From a virus (lineage: Duplodnaviria > Heunggongvirae > Uroviricota > Caudoviricetes), in the IMG/VR virus record IMGVR_UViG_3300037418_000775, positions 28,636 to 92,635 of that record: 64,000 nt of DNA; one strand, given 5' to 3'. Below, piece by piece: positions 36,269 to 44,934 of this stretch (the stretch's first letter is position 1; the number at the start of each line of letters is the position of its first letter). The translations under genes were made by a program, and so were the position numbers. A model generated the notes under the pieces. The model did not search any database. It was not told the origin of the DNA and saw nothing but the letters and a program-made list of their open reading frames with translations.

Positions 36269-36297
36269 TTGACATACTCAACAGATAATGGTATTGT
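36269..36297 (+). promoter_or_regulatory. Rightward promoter TTGACA-N17-TATTGT (TGG extended -10), divergent from the previous one
   Basis: The -35 hexamers of the two divergent promoters are 7 bp apart (TGTCAAcacccgcTTGACA). There is no ORF downstream for about 900 bp. Confidence 0.5.
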
Positions 36298-36453
36298 GAG
36301 GCAGTCACAGGGTAGGTGTGAGCCTACGGGTAACCTTGGCTTAGACGCAGGCCGCGAGGGGAGATGCTCCCTTATGACCGACCTGCGAGCCGTTTAGCGC
36401 CTATCGCGTGTGGAGTGGGGGAGTCTGCTGGGGAGGCAGGCTCCCTTTCTTCA

Positions 36454-36483
36454 TTGACAGACCCTTTACGGTCGTGATAAAAT
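36454..36483 (+). promoter_or_regulatory. Promoter candidate TTGACA-N17/18-ATAAAA(T)
   Basis: Preceded by the weak hairpin GGGAGgcaggCTCCC + TTTCTTC (36431-36452); followed by the hairpin CCAGGCCT/AGGCCTGG + TTTGG (36490-36518). Confidence 0.4.
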
Positions 36484-36565
36484 GGCTGTACCAGGCCTTC
36501 AAAAGAGGCCTGGTTTGGTAGGACCGAATAACTCTCCGGGGTAGGCGTAAGTCTCAACGTAGCAG

Positions 36566-36605
36566 CCAGAGACCCCGCACCGAGTCCAGAGACCCCGCAC
36601 CGAGT
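36566..36605. repeat. Perfect tandem direct repeat 2 x 20 bp (CCAGAGACCCCGCACCGAGT)
   Basis: Read directly from the sequence; lies in the non-coding hub. Iteron or operator candidate. Confidence 0.85.
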
Positions 36606-36849
36606 CACTTATGAATAGTCTAATTCGATCCTGACGAAGGGAGATATTGTGTTATGGCTACAGCGTACCTATAAGAGAGAAGTAGGTCGCCCGCCGTCGC
36701 CTGCGTGGCGGTTAGGAACGCAGGGCACAACTGAATTAACAGAGCCAGGAAGTCCAGGGTATACCCCCTATGGCCCTGCCGTGAAGCAGCGGCATCCATA
36801 GGGAGTGCGAAGCGCGGTAACGTGTAGCACCCCTGGGCTTTCGTGCATC

Positions 36850-36878
36850 TTGACGACCCCCACCCATTATGGTATTAT
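36850..36878 (+). promoter_or_regulatory. Rightward promoter TTGACG-N17-TATTAT with TGG extended -10
   Basis: Strong sigma70 consensus; downstream lie two tandem GC-rich hairpins (36914-36936 and 36941-36961). Confidence 0.55.
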
Positions 36879-37169
36879 GAGATCACCTGGTAGTGGGTTA
36901 GTTCACGAGAGAATACGGCGCTTGAAATACAGCGCCGAGATGCGGCCATGAGAGATGCCGCCCGCCACTACCAGGTCCACGAAAGCGAAGACCGGAATAC
37001 CTCATCTCAGGCAGACTAGGATCGATACATACTGATCCTGCCTAGATAGGAAACGGAGAGAGCAGAGTGGCGGCTCTGCGTTCCGCAGCCGCCCCGTGAA
37101 TGGGAGGAGGAGGACGTAGGAGTTAGATCGCCCCGCATATCATACTACCAGGAAAGGTGTCAACTGTCA

Positions 37170-37343
37170 ATGGTCCTAGCAGAACAGATGCTCGCAGCCT
37201 TCGAGGCGGCGGGCTATAAGACGTATGCTCGTGAGCCGCATGATTTCTCGGTAATGATCCCTGATGAACCCACCCGGATAGGGTTCTACTTCAACTACGA
37301 GGGAACGGAGTTGAAGGAAGCCCGGGTGGTACTGATGTGACAG
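37170..37343 (+). CDS. Small hypothetical protein (58 aa)
   Basis: MVLAEQMLAAFEAAGYKTYAREPHDFSVMIPDEPTRIGFYFNYEGTELKEARVVLM; AGGAAAGGTG sits 10 nt upstream; just under the length cut-off of the ORF track. Confidence 0.3.
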
Positions 37344-37453
37344 GCGACCGATTCATCCGGCACCTCCATAAGAGAACCCGCTTCTGCCGATGCTGTGGCC
37401 CTCGCCCGACCAAGCGGGAGGTGCGGCGGGCTATTAGACGAGTCAGAAAGAAG

Positions 37454-37482
37454 TTGACACGCACTACCGATCATGGTAGTAT
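37454..37482 (+). promoter_or_regulatory. Rightward promoter TTGACA-N17-TAGTAT (TGG extended -10; spacer holds the inverted repeat CTACC..GGTAG)
   Basis: Consensus hexamers. The predicted start is 2-3 nt before ATG 37492, giving a near-leaderless mRNA. Confidence 0.6.
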
Positions 37483-37491
37483 GAATAGGTA

Positions 37492-37764
37492 ATGGACAAG
37501 GAAGTCTTAGACCAAACGCCGCCCGGTGGAACCGTATATGGCGGCCTCGGACCTGCTCACGGGTCCGCAAAAGACCTGTCGTTTCTGAATCTCGCGGCAG
37601 GCCAACTCAAGATTCGGGACCGCGACCAGGCTAATATAGCCCTGGACGTTATGATGATCTCTGCAAAAGCCCCCGGTTCGATTTCGGTGGAACTGTTGAC
37701 GGCGGCAGAGAACACTCTGAAAGAGTACCTCAGTCCCGTTCCCCATGCTGACACTTCCTCCTAA
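37492..37764 (+). CDS. Hypothetical protein
   Basis: 90 aa; first gene of the rightward early/replication operon. Confidence 0.45.
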   Translation: MDKEVLDQTPPGGTVYGGLGPAHGSAKDLSFLNLAAGQLKIRDRDQANIALDVMMISAKAPGSISVELLTAAENTLKEYLSPVPHADTSS

Positions 37765-38419
37765 GAAGAAGTGTCCGGGTTGTAACACCGAACTCCCCCG
37801 CGAAGCCTTCCGTAAGGACTCAGGCCGTTTTGACGGTCTGGATTCATACTGCAAGGGCTGTCGTCGGGAGCAGACGACCCGCAACCGTCCCCGCGAAAAC
37901 GCCCGATGGAACGCTCATCGCAAGGCAAAAGGGGCCGCTTGGAGTAGAGCGAGGACCGCAAGGGACCCGCGCAAAGTCAAGGCTCGGTATGAGGCGAAGA
38001 AGGCTCATCCTAAGCCCAAGAAGTGCCTTATCAGAGGTTGTGCAAACCGTGGCGTCCGCCACCACTATCTTGGCTATGATCCGGCTCACCATAAGGACAT
38101 ACTCTGGCTTTGTCCCAAGCACCACAACCTGGAGCACTTGCTGGAACGAGCCCGTTCCCGGACAGGTCCGTCGTACTTCACGACACGACATAACCAACGC
38201 CTTACAGGCGGGTATGTCCCGGGGACGGCTGTGGTCGTCAAGAAGATTCACAAGGTAGAAGAACACAACCCGGAAGTCAACAAGTATCTCGGTCAGAAAG
38301 GCCGGGTAGTCCTGAAACTCCCGAACGAGTGGGATATGGGCAGGATGTACCGGGTTGAGTTTGACGATCCCAATTTACCCCCGCTGGCCTTCTTAGGCCG
38401 CGAACTGAAAGAGGCATAG
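37745..38419 (+). CDS. HNH endonuclease with N-terminal zinc finger
   Basis: CPGCN..CKGCR zinc finger; HNH core RHHYLGYDPAHHKDILWLCPKHHNLEH. Confidence 0.65.
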   Translation: MLTLPPKKKCPGCNTELPREAFRKDSGRFDGLDSYCKGCRREQTTRNRPRENARWNAHRKAKGAAWSRARTARDPRKVKARYEAKKAHPKPKKCLIRGCANRGVRHHYLGYDPAHHKDILWLCPKHHNLEHLLERARSRTGPSYFTTRHNQRLTGGYVPGTAVVVKKIHKVEEHNPEVNKYLGQKGRVVLKLPNEWDMGRMYRVEFDDPNLPPLAFLGRELKEA

Positions 38420-38420
38420 C

Positions 38421-38603
38421 ATGACCCTGTTTGAGTATGCGAAAGCAAACCCGGACCTGGTAGAACAGGCGAAGCGGCGGGCTGAATTGGAACTGTCCGG
38501 GTACGCGGAGTCTACGATTACTCTTGATAAGGCTGCCGCAATGCTGGCATGGGCCTATCTTGGAGCGCATCGTGCAGGCAAGGAAGGGCGCGACCTCAGT
38601 TGA
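38421..38603 (+). CDS. Hypothetical small protein
   Basis: 60-aa ORF. Confidence 0.3.
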   Translation: MTLFEYAKANPDLVEQAKRRAELELSGYAESTITLDKAAAMLAWAYLGAHRAGKEGRDLS

Positions 38604-38986
38604 GATTATTTCAGACCGCCCCGGATGGGGGACAGGATTCAGGCGTTACGGGACTATTCGTGATAGAGATCAAGTCTCTGTTCTCAGTAGTGCTGTTGCG
38701 CTTCAAAGACGGTAGCCGCGAGGCCTACCACGACCACGCTTTCAACGCGCTCTCCTGGGTACTGAAAGGCCGCTTCATCGAGAAGAAACTCGGCGGTGAA
38801 GAAACACTCTACACGCCGAGTCTGAAACCGAAAGTCACGAAGCGAGACAACTTCCATAAAGTCATCAGTCAGGGAGAAACCTGGGTTCTGACGCTCCGTG
38901 GGCCGTGGTCGAAGACGTGGCACGAATACAAGAACAACAAGATGGTCACCCTGACGAGTGGCCGAGTAGTATTGAAAGAGGCATAA
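38549..38986 (+). CDS. Hypothetical protein (start uncertain)
   Basis: The beta-rich C-terminal part looks like a genuine protein; the N-terminal extension overlaps the previous ORF. Confidence 0.35.
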   Translation: MGLSWSASCRQGRARPQLRLFQTAPDGGQDSGVTGLFVIEIKSLFSVVLLRFKDGSREAYHDHAFNALSWVLKGRFIEKKLGGEETLYTPSLKPKVTKRDNFHKVISQGETWVLTLRGPWSKTWHEYKNNKMVTLTSGRVVLKEA

Positions 38987-39139
38987 TGGCGCTCCCTAAA
39001 TGGAATTGGTGGGCTGAGCAGTCACGGATGGCGCATCGCCCTGACGCGAAGTGTTGTGCAGGCTGTAAAGGCGCGCAGGCCGAGCGTGAAAAGAACGGCA
39101 TAAATAAACAATCCAATAGGTGGTTCAGCAAGTTCGCTA

Positions 39140-41035
39140 ATGGTTAACGTCAGAGCACAACTGATCACCTGGGGCTTCATAGGCCCCTCGGACCTACCTT
39201 CTGCTTCTGGCGAGTTCCGTATCGAGTGCCCGGACTGTCACAACCCCAAGAAGAAATGCTACATCTCGGCCACGGGCCGGGGTGTGTCATGCAAGCATTG
39301 CTCTCTGCGTGAATCGTGGCGGAAGTTTGAACGGCGCTTTGAGCCGCCGACTCCGCAGGAAGAGGCACTAGAGAAGTTCGTCACCGAAGGACAGAAGGCA
39401 CTACTCGGTCATACCGACTTGATGCGGTACCTTCAAGACCGTGGCTTCACAGAAGACACGATCAAGACCCTGCGCTTCGGATTCTGCCCGTCATACACCC
39501 CGACCGCAATCGATCACGAAATAGGTCTGGCCAATGCCTCGGGTTGGGTTCTGCACGACCGCATCCTCATTCCGTACCTTGATGGTGGGAACCCGGTGGA
39601 TGTACGGGGCCGCGTGAACCCGCTGGACCCGTACGCAGACAATAAGCCGAAGTACCTGGAGCGTTCCAAGCCTGGAGGAGAATCCAAGCCGGATGATCGC
39701 CATCCGTACTACCCGGTCACGATAGACCCTGAACAGCCTGTGGTGATTGCTGAAGGTGAGTTCGATGCGGCTATCCTGGTGCAGAACGGATTGCAGGCGG
39801 TAGGCGTTCCCGGGGCTAGTGCCGCGAACCCGAAGTGGTTCAAGGGCATGAGCGACCTATACGTCGCCTTCGACGGCGATAACGCAGGACGTGCTGGGGC
39901 CGCAAGCCTAATCCAGAAACTGCCTGAGGTTCGAGTGATCGAACTCCCGACAGGTATGGACTGTTCGGACTACATCGCGAACTTCACCTTTGCGTCCTTC
40001 GAGGCGCTGATGGGGAAGGCCGCGCTGTTCGTCCACGGCAAGCGCCAGAAGGATGACCGCTTCGCCTCCACGGTGGAAGACTTTTCGGCCTGGGCGTTCT
40101 CGAATGGCGCACTCCTGGGCCCTAAGATACCCTGGGCTCCGCGCCTAGAAAAAGCCCTCTCGGGATGGGCTCCAGGGTTACATCTCATCGGGGCCGAGGC
40201 CAACTCCGGCAAGTCGTGCTTCATGGTCAAGGCTTGCTACCAGGCCGCCATAGATAACCCGGAAGACACCGTGGCAGTCTACCTTAGCCTGGACGATACG
40301 ATAGAAGAAGCCATGCAGCGCATGGTGTCCTTGCACACCCGTATCCACTTCGAATCGGTACGCTCTCCGCGTATCGCTTTCGACGGGAGACCGACGCTGA
40401 TGGATGAGTTCTTCCAGGGGCTCGATGAACTGAAGCAGGTGAAGAACCTAGTCATGCGCGATGCGACCTATGGCCGCTCGCTCAACTACCTTCGGGCATA
40501 CTTCGAGACTCTGAGGAACAAGTACCCGGATAAGAAGATTGTCGTCTTCATTGATTCGCTGGCGAAGATTACGCCGGATGCGTCAGAAACGACGAACGGC
40601 GATCCGGGCTCCACAGGGAAGACGAACTGGAAAGCCTACCTGGCCAGCGAATTGAAGTACCTCACAACGCTCTATAAAATCGCGGTGGTCACGCCTACGG
40701 ATTTGCGGAAGTTGAACGACGACCGCCGTCCATGCCGAGATGACCTCAAAGATGCGGCAGAGTTAGCGTATGAGGCCAACAGCATCATCCTGGCATACAA
40801 CGACGTAAACCGTCGCCGCGAACGAGCGACGTTGCTCTGGACCTACAACGCGGTTGAGGAGCATCCCCTGTTCGAAGTCATCATTGACAAGAACAAACTG
40901 ACGACGTTCCGTGGCACGATTCGCTATGAGTTCTATGGGCCTTGCTCAGACTTCTGTGAGTTAACCGTTGCGGCAGACGAAGCGTGGAATCAAAAAGTGC
41001 GTGAAGAACGCGAAAAGAAAGCGAAAGAGGACTAA
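39140..41035 (+). CDS. Bifunctional DNA primase-helicase (T7 gp4-like)
   Basis: N-terminal zinc finger CPDCHN..CKHC; TOPRIM motif VIAEGEFDAAILV; DnaB-family Walker A GAEANSGKS. Confidence 0.85.
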   Translation: MVNVRAQLITWGFIGPSDLPSASGEFRIECPDCHNPKKKCYISATGRGVSCKHCSLRESWRKFERRFEPPTPQEEALEKFVTEGQKALLGHTDLMRYLQDRGFTEDTIKTLRFGFCPSYTPTAIDHEIGLANASGWVLHDRILIPYLDGGNPVDVRGRVNPLDPYADNKPKYLERSKPGGESKPDDRHPYYPVTIDPEQPVVIAEGEFDAAILVQNGLQAVGVPGASAANPKWFKGMSDLYVAFDGDNAGRAGAASLIQKLPEVRVIELPTGMDCSDYIANFTFASFEALMGKAALFVHGKRQKDDRFASTVEDFSAWAFSNGALLGPKIPWAPRLEKALSGWAPGLHLIGAEANSGKSCFMVKACYQAAIDNPEDTVAVYLSLDDTIEEAMQRMVSLHTRIHFESVRSPRIAFDGRPTLMDEFFQGLDELKQVKNLVMRDATYGRSLNYLRAYFETLRNKYPDKKIVVFIDSLAKITPDASETTNGDPGSTGKTNWKAYLASELKYLTTLYKIAVVTPTDLRKLNDDRRPCRDDLKDAAELAYEANSIILAYNDVNRRRERATLLWTYNAVEEHPLFEVIIDKNKLTTFRGTIRYEFYGPCSDFCELTVAADEAWNQKVREEREKKAKED

Positions 41036-41277
41036 TGGCCATTAGCAATAGCGACTACACCGTCAAGGTAGTATTCGATACCAAGGAACTGACCGAGAAA
41101 CTCAATGCCATGATGACTAACGAGAATCTCGACAAACATTTCCTCCCGGCGCTCGAAGAGGCGCTGGCAGAGAATGATGTGGAGGATGCGTTCTGGCGTG
41201 GAGCGGAGGCCGCGAGTCAGGTCTTCCTGAGCGTTCTGACCGTTATGCAGGACGCCTCGACTACCGAAGGTGCTTAA
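41035..41277 (+). CDS. Hypothetical acidic protein
   Basis: 80 aa; ATGG overlap with the upstream stop. Confidence 0.4.
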   Translation: MAISNSDYTVKVVFDTKELTEKLNAMMTNENLDKHFLPALEEALAENDVEDAFWRGAEAASQVFLSVLTVMQDASTTEGA

Positions 41278-41653
41278 CCTCATTCTGCGCTTGATACGGC
41301 GCAAGAAAGTTTCTACCCTGACAAAGGCAGAGGAACCTGAAATCCTCTGCCCGAACTGCGGCCACCTGAGTAGTAAACACAGCGACTCCGGTCAGCATGG
41401 ACACGAGTGTTCTGTGCATGTCACCAAGGAATCCCTCGACAATAACGGATTCATTCGGCTTCGCACCTCCTACTGTATGTGCGATCTTGGGCAGGACGAA
41501 ATTAGGGAGAACCTCCGGCGCGGAATCACCTGGGAGAACCGAGACCAGCGGCTCGGACCTGTGAGTGACAGTCCCGGTAGTGGAGTACCCCCCAAACCTC
41601 CATCGCCGCCCCCGACACCTACATCAATGACAAGGACGGTTCCTCACTTTTAA
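41270..41653 (+). CDS. Hypothetical Cys/His-rich protein with Pro-rich C-terminus
   Basis: CPNCGH...HECSVH; C-terminal PPKPPSPPPTP. Confidence 0.4.
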   Translation: MLNLILRLIRRKKVSTLTKAEEPEILCPNCGHLSSKHSDSGQHGHECSVHVTKESLDNNGFIRLRTSYCMCDLGQDEIRENLRRGITWENRDQRLGPVSDSPGSGVPPKPPSPPPTPTSMTRTVPHF

Positions 41654-42561
41654 TGCCTGAAGAGGTCAAGCCAAAACTACTTCGATATAGTCACAGCAAA
41701 CTCAAGAACCAGGCCACCTGCCCCGCCCGCAACTACTTCAGCACTCTCGCCTACGAGGGGAAGATCGAAACTGATCCAGCCTACGCCATGGTATTCGGGA
41801 GTGCGGCTCATAAGGGCATCGAGGAGCGGCTGTTGCATGGCAAAGACGCCGAGAAAGAAGCCTACTTCTACGTTCAGGAGGAACTGATTGACAAGTTCCC
41901 TGGGAACAAACTCAGAGCGGAAACGATTGAGAAGAAGTGGGACCTCGTCAAGAAGTGCTTAGCCAACTTCGAGGAACGGTACTACCGGGACATTATGACC
42001 CAGTTCTCCGTGGATGGGGCGGATATCGCCTCCAGCGTCGAACTGAAACTAGAGGTGCCCTTTCGACAGGGCATCCTCACGGGCGTCGTAGACCTCATCA
42101 TGCCGAACGGGGTATTCATCGACTGGAAGACGGGAAGTCGTGTTCCATCAGATGACACCCTAATTAGGGACCCGCAAGCAGGAATCTACTACTACCTCGC
42201 CAAACAACTAAATATGCGCCCCCCGACCACGTTCGAGTACGTGTACCTAGTCGGGAAGAACGTGGCTCGGAAGCGGAATGACGAAGGTCAAGACATAGCA
42301 GACCGCGCTAATCCGAAGCATCTCTACTCCTTCCAAGTGCGTCAGGATGACGCCAAGATCACGCGGCTGATGGCCGAGTACGTGAACCCCCTAGCCGAGC
42401 AGTTAGAGCGGGGAGTGCTCTATAAGAACCCCTCGGATACGAACTGTGCAGGGTGCCAGTTCAAGACCGCCTGTTGGCAGACTGAACTCCCGAGTGCTAA
42501 AGAAGCCCGCGAGGCACTCGTTCTTGACATTATCTCGGGCATCACGGAAGAAGAGGAATAG
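41653..42561 (+). CDS. Cas4/RecB-like PD-(D/E)xK exonuclease with 4-Cys cluster
   Basis: GVVDLIMPNGVFIDWKTG (D..D/E.K) and QAGIYYYLAKQ (QxxxY); Cys at the N-terminus (TCPAR) plus C-terminal CAGCQFKTAC, as in Cas4 Fe-S ligands. Confidence 0.6.
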   Translation: MPEEVKPKLLRYSHSKLKNQATCPARNYFSTLAYEGKIETDPAYAMVFGSAAHKGIEERLLHGKDAEKEAYFYVQEELIDKFPGNKLRAETIEKKWDLVKKCLANFEERYYRDIMTQFSVDGADIASSVELKLEVPFRQGILTGVVDLIMPNGVFIDWKTGSRVPSDDTLIRDPQAGIYYYLAKQLNMRPPTTFEYVYLVGKNVARKRNDEGQDIADRANPKHLYSFQVRQDDAKITRLMAEYVNPLAEQLERGVLYKNPSDTNCAGCQFKTACWQTELPSAKEAREALVLDIISGITEEEE

Positions 42562-42567
42562 GACAGA

Positions 42568-42882
42568 ATGGACACTCTGAAAGAAATCAACGACCTGCTC
42601 GATCAAGTGCGGTCGAAAACCGCTCCTAAGACCCAGACCACGGAGAAAACCGAGAACCAGAAGCGCATGGATTCCACCATGGGCTACCTGGCCCTGGTGC
42701 TGAAGACGGCGGTTGTCGCCAAGCAGGTCGGCGGTGAGGCCGAGAAGCGCCTCTATGAAGATGAGTCGCTGAATATGCTGGCGCGCGGCCTGGTAGAATT
42801 GGGATTCCTGCTTAATAACAAGGAGGGTGCCCGACAGATGGTCGAGTGCATCCTGAAGGCCGCCGATGGTAGTTCGTCGTAA
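42568..42882 (+). CDS. Hypothetical protein
   Basis: 104-aa ORF. Confidence 0.45.
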   Translation: MDTLKEINDLLDQVRSKTAPKTQTTEKTENQKRMDSTMGYLALVLKTAVVAKQVGGEAEKRLYEDESLNMLARGLVELGFLLNNKEGARQMVECILKAADGSSS

Positions 42883-43156
42883 GTCGTCGTTCAAGACGAA
42901 AGCCCCCCAATGCTACCAGGTCGGTAGGGTATCTCGGTACACGTCACTCGATCAAGGTGATGGCTATATCGAGGGAGTGGTTCGAACGGAGCACGGCTTC
43001 GTGAAGGTCTACTCCCAAGAGGAGCATAGTTCGTACGAGTTCATCTGGCAGGGTCGCGCCCACCACCTCTATGAGGATGTAGAGCGCAGCCGCAGGGGGT
43101 TGACTCTCGTCGCGAACCGCTTCGCCAAGGCCATCGTGAATGGGGAACGGCTGTGA
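42866..43156 (+). CDS. Hypothetical protein
   Basis: 96 aa; its stop overlaps the GTG of the next reading frame (GTGA). Confidence 0.45.
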   Translation: MVVRRKSSFKTKAPQCYQVGRVSRYTSLDQGDGYIEGVVRTEHGFVKVYSQEEHSSYEFIWQGRAHHLYEDVERSRRGLTLVANRFAKAIVNGERL

Positions 43157-43477
43157 AGAAAGTCTATGTAGCCGGACCTTATACGAAGGGTGACCCCTGC
43201 ATAAACACGCATTAACATGATCCTGGTAGCAAACAAGATCATGGACGCAGGGCACGTTCCGTTCGTCCCGCTCCTTTCGAACTTCTGGCATACGATTACC
43301 CCGCGTCCGTATGAAGACTGGATGAAGATCGACTTCGCGTTCATCCCGGATTGTGACGCGCTGTATCGCATGAAGGGTGACTCCTCTGGCGCAGACCGTG
43401 AGGTCGCTCTGGCAGAGAGTCTCGGTATCCCGGTCTATTACGACTTGGATATACTGCTGAAAAGCCTTGAAGAGTAG
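43153..43477 (+). pseudogene. DUF4406 / nucleoside 2-deoxyribosyltransferase-like gene interrupted by a +1 frameshift
   Basis: A 20-codon N-terminal piece VKKVYVAGPYTKGDPCINTH ends at TAA 43213-43215. The body MILVANKIMDAGHVPFVPL... continues in the +1 frame from 43217 to 43477. Together the two pieces resemble the MKIYIAGP...G.PV.NP family. Confidence 0.45.
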
Positions 43478-43829
43478 GAGCGAGAGTGATTTGGGGACTC
43501 TGCTTCATGCAGAGTTCCCCCACTACACGATCATTCCACAATATCCCATCAAGATTGCTCGTACCACCCTGTTCATAGACTACTACATCCCGCAGTTACG
43601 GCTGGCCTTCGAAGCCGATGGCAGGCAACACACCGAGTTTGTCAAGCACTTTCACGGTGACCGTCTAGGGTTCGAGGATTCACGCTACCGGGACAATCTC
43701 AAAGAACGCTGGTGCCACGAGAATAGCGTCCGTGTGATACGCTTTTCCTACAAGGAGAAAATCACGCCAGAATTATTGAGAAAGAAACTACACCTACTTG
43801 GCAACCAAGAAGAAGGCGAAGGCGGCTGA
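43467..43829 (+). CDS. DUF559/Vsr-like endonuclease-fold protein
   Basis: FIDYYIP..LAFEADGRQH...DRLGFEDSRYRDNLKERW..NSVRVIRF matches the very-short-patch-repair-like fold; TTG start (43467, or 43491 with AGGAG upstream). Confidence 0.4.
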   Translation: MKSRSESDLGTLLHAEFPHYTIIPQYPIKIARTTLFIDYYIPQLRLAFEADGRQHTEFVKHFHGDRLGFEDSRYRDNLKERWCHENSVRVIRFSYKEKITPELLRKKLHLLGNQEEGEGG

Positions 43830-44934
43830 CCTCCAAGGACTGTCAGAACGTGACGCCAAGATTGCTCTGCTCAAGAGCAAGTACCCCAATATCACCAAAC
43901 TCCGCAAGCCCATCAAACCTGTCCCGGTAGAGGATTGCCTCCCGACTCCCTCGATCTCGCTGAACCTAATCACGAACGAGGGCGGCTTGCGCCCCGGTGC
44001 CTGTGTCGAGTACTACGGTCTCGAAGGCACGATGAAGACGTGGATGGCACTCGAAATGTGCCGCGAATCCCAACAGAAATACCCTGACCTGTCCGTCGCC
44101 TACTTTGACCCGGAACACGCGGTAGATAAGTACATAGCGCAGTCAAAGATCGGCGTAGATATGGGCTACCTCCCTGGCGGTTTTCCGAAGTTCGACTACT
44201 TCCCTGAGGATGACGAGGTTGAACCGACGCTGGAAGACTACCTGAATCGCATTTACGACTACGCCGCAAGCGGTCTGTACAGTCTGATTGTGCTTGACTC
44301 GGTAGCCGCTTCCATGTCGCTCTGGGAATCCGAGCAGACTGATATCACCAACGCGAAATGGGGCGGTCCATCTATCCCCATGAGCAAGGCCATGAAACGC
44401 ATCAAGGCGGTGGCCGCGAAGACGGGCACCCGCATCTGGTACGTCAACCAACTGCGTACTACTACGGTGTCAACCCCCTCTGGCAATATCGCCAAGGACG
44501 AGCCTGGAGGTGGCAAGGCCATCCGATACGCCGCTACCCACCGCTACAAGGTCGGCTGGGCCAAGAAGGATGCCGATTACGCGATGCTCCGTTTCACGGC
44601 AGAGAAGAACAAGTACGGTCCACCGTGGCAGACCGTTGAAGTCCCGGTAGTAATGGGACAGGGAATCGACAAAGAAGCCGACCTGATTCAGACGGCTGAA
44701 CGCTTCGGTCTCATCCGCAAGAGCGGAAATTGGTTCTACACGCTGGATGGGGAGGCGATTGGGAATGGCCTGCGACAAGCGGCTGAGAACCTTCGCAAGA
44801 AGCCTGAGGAGTACACGGCGCTCTACGCCGCCGTCCTCGATAAAGGCTTACCGAAAGAGGACCTGGACACGCCGCTGATCGACCAACCTGAACCGCACGA
44901 GGAAGACGATGCCGGACTACCTGGACAAGAATAG
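43798..44934 (+). CDS. RecA-like recombinase with non-canonical Walker A
   Basis: ISLNLITNEGGLRPGACVEYYGLEGTMKT aligns to RecA ...IYGPESSGKTT, with Met replacing the second Gly; Walker B LIVLDSVAA; loop NQLRTTTVSTPSGN..GGGKAIRYAATHRY. Confidence 0.7.
   Translation: MATKKKAKAADLQGLSERDAKIALLKSKYPNITKLRKPIKPVPVEDCLPTPSISLNLITNEGGLRPGACVEYYGLEGTMKTWMALEMCRESQQKYPDLSVAYFDPEHAVDKYIAQSKIGVDMGYLPGGFPKFDYFPEDDEVEPTLEDYLNRIYDYAASGLYSLIVLDSVAASMSLWESEQTDITNAKWGGPSIPMSKAMKRIKAVAAKTGTRIWYVNQLRTTTVSTPSGNIAKDEPGGGKAIRYAATHRYKVGWAKKDADYAMLRFTAEKNKYGPPWQTVEVPVVMGQGIDKEADLIQTAERFGLIRKSGNWFYTLDGEAIGNGLRQAAENLRKKPEEYTALYAAVLDKGLPKEDLDTPLIDQPEPHEEDDAGLPGQE

Noticed and set aside
36372-36608. Track ORFs 36372..36608 (minus, 78 aa) and 37295..37570 (minus, 91 aa) as genes
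   Set aside because: Both lie across promoter and hairpin elements and the 2 x 20 bp repeat, have no RBS, and have Arg/Pro/Gly-rich low-complexity translations. They are more likely noncoding.
36610-36840. tRNA gene in the regulatory hub (TTCGATCC T-loop-like string at 36623-36630)
   Set aside because: Flanking bases cannot form the T-stem, acceptor stem or an anticodon arm. No cloverleaf could be built by hand anywhere in 36300-37450.
39140-41035. Intein or intron interrupting the primase-helicase, the polymerase or the RNR
   Set aside because: All three reading frames are continuous, with conserved motifs at normal spacing and no large insertions. The only RNR irregularity is at the start codon.
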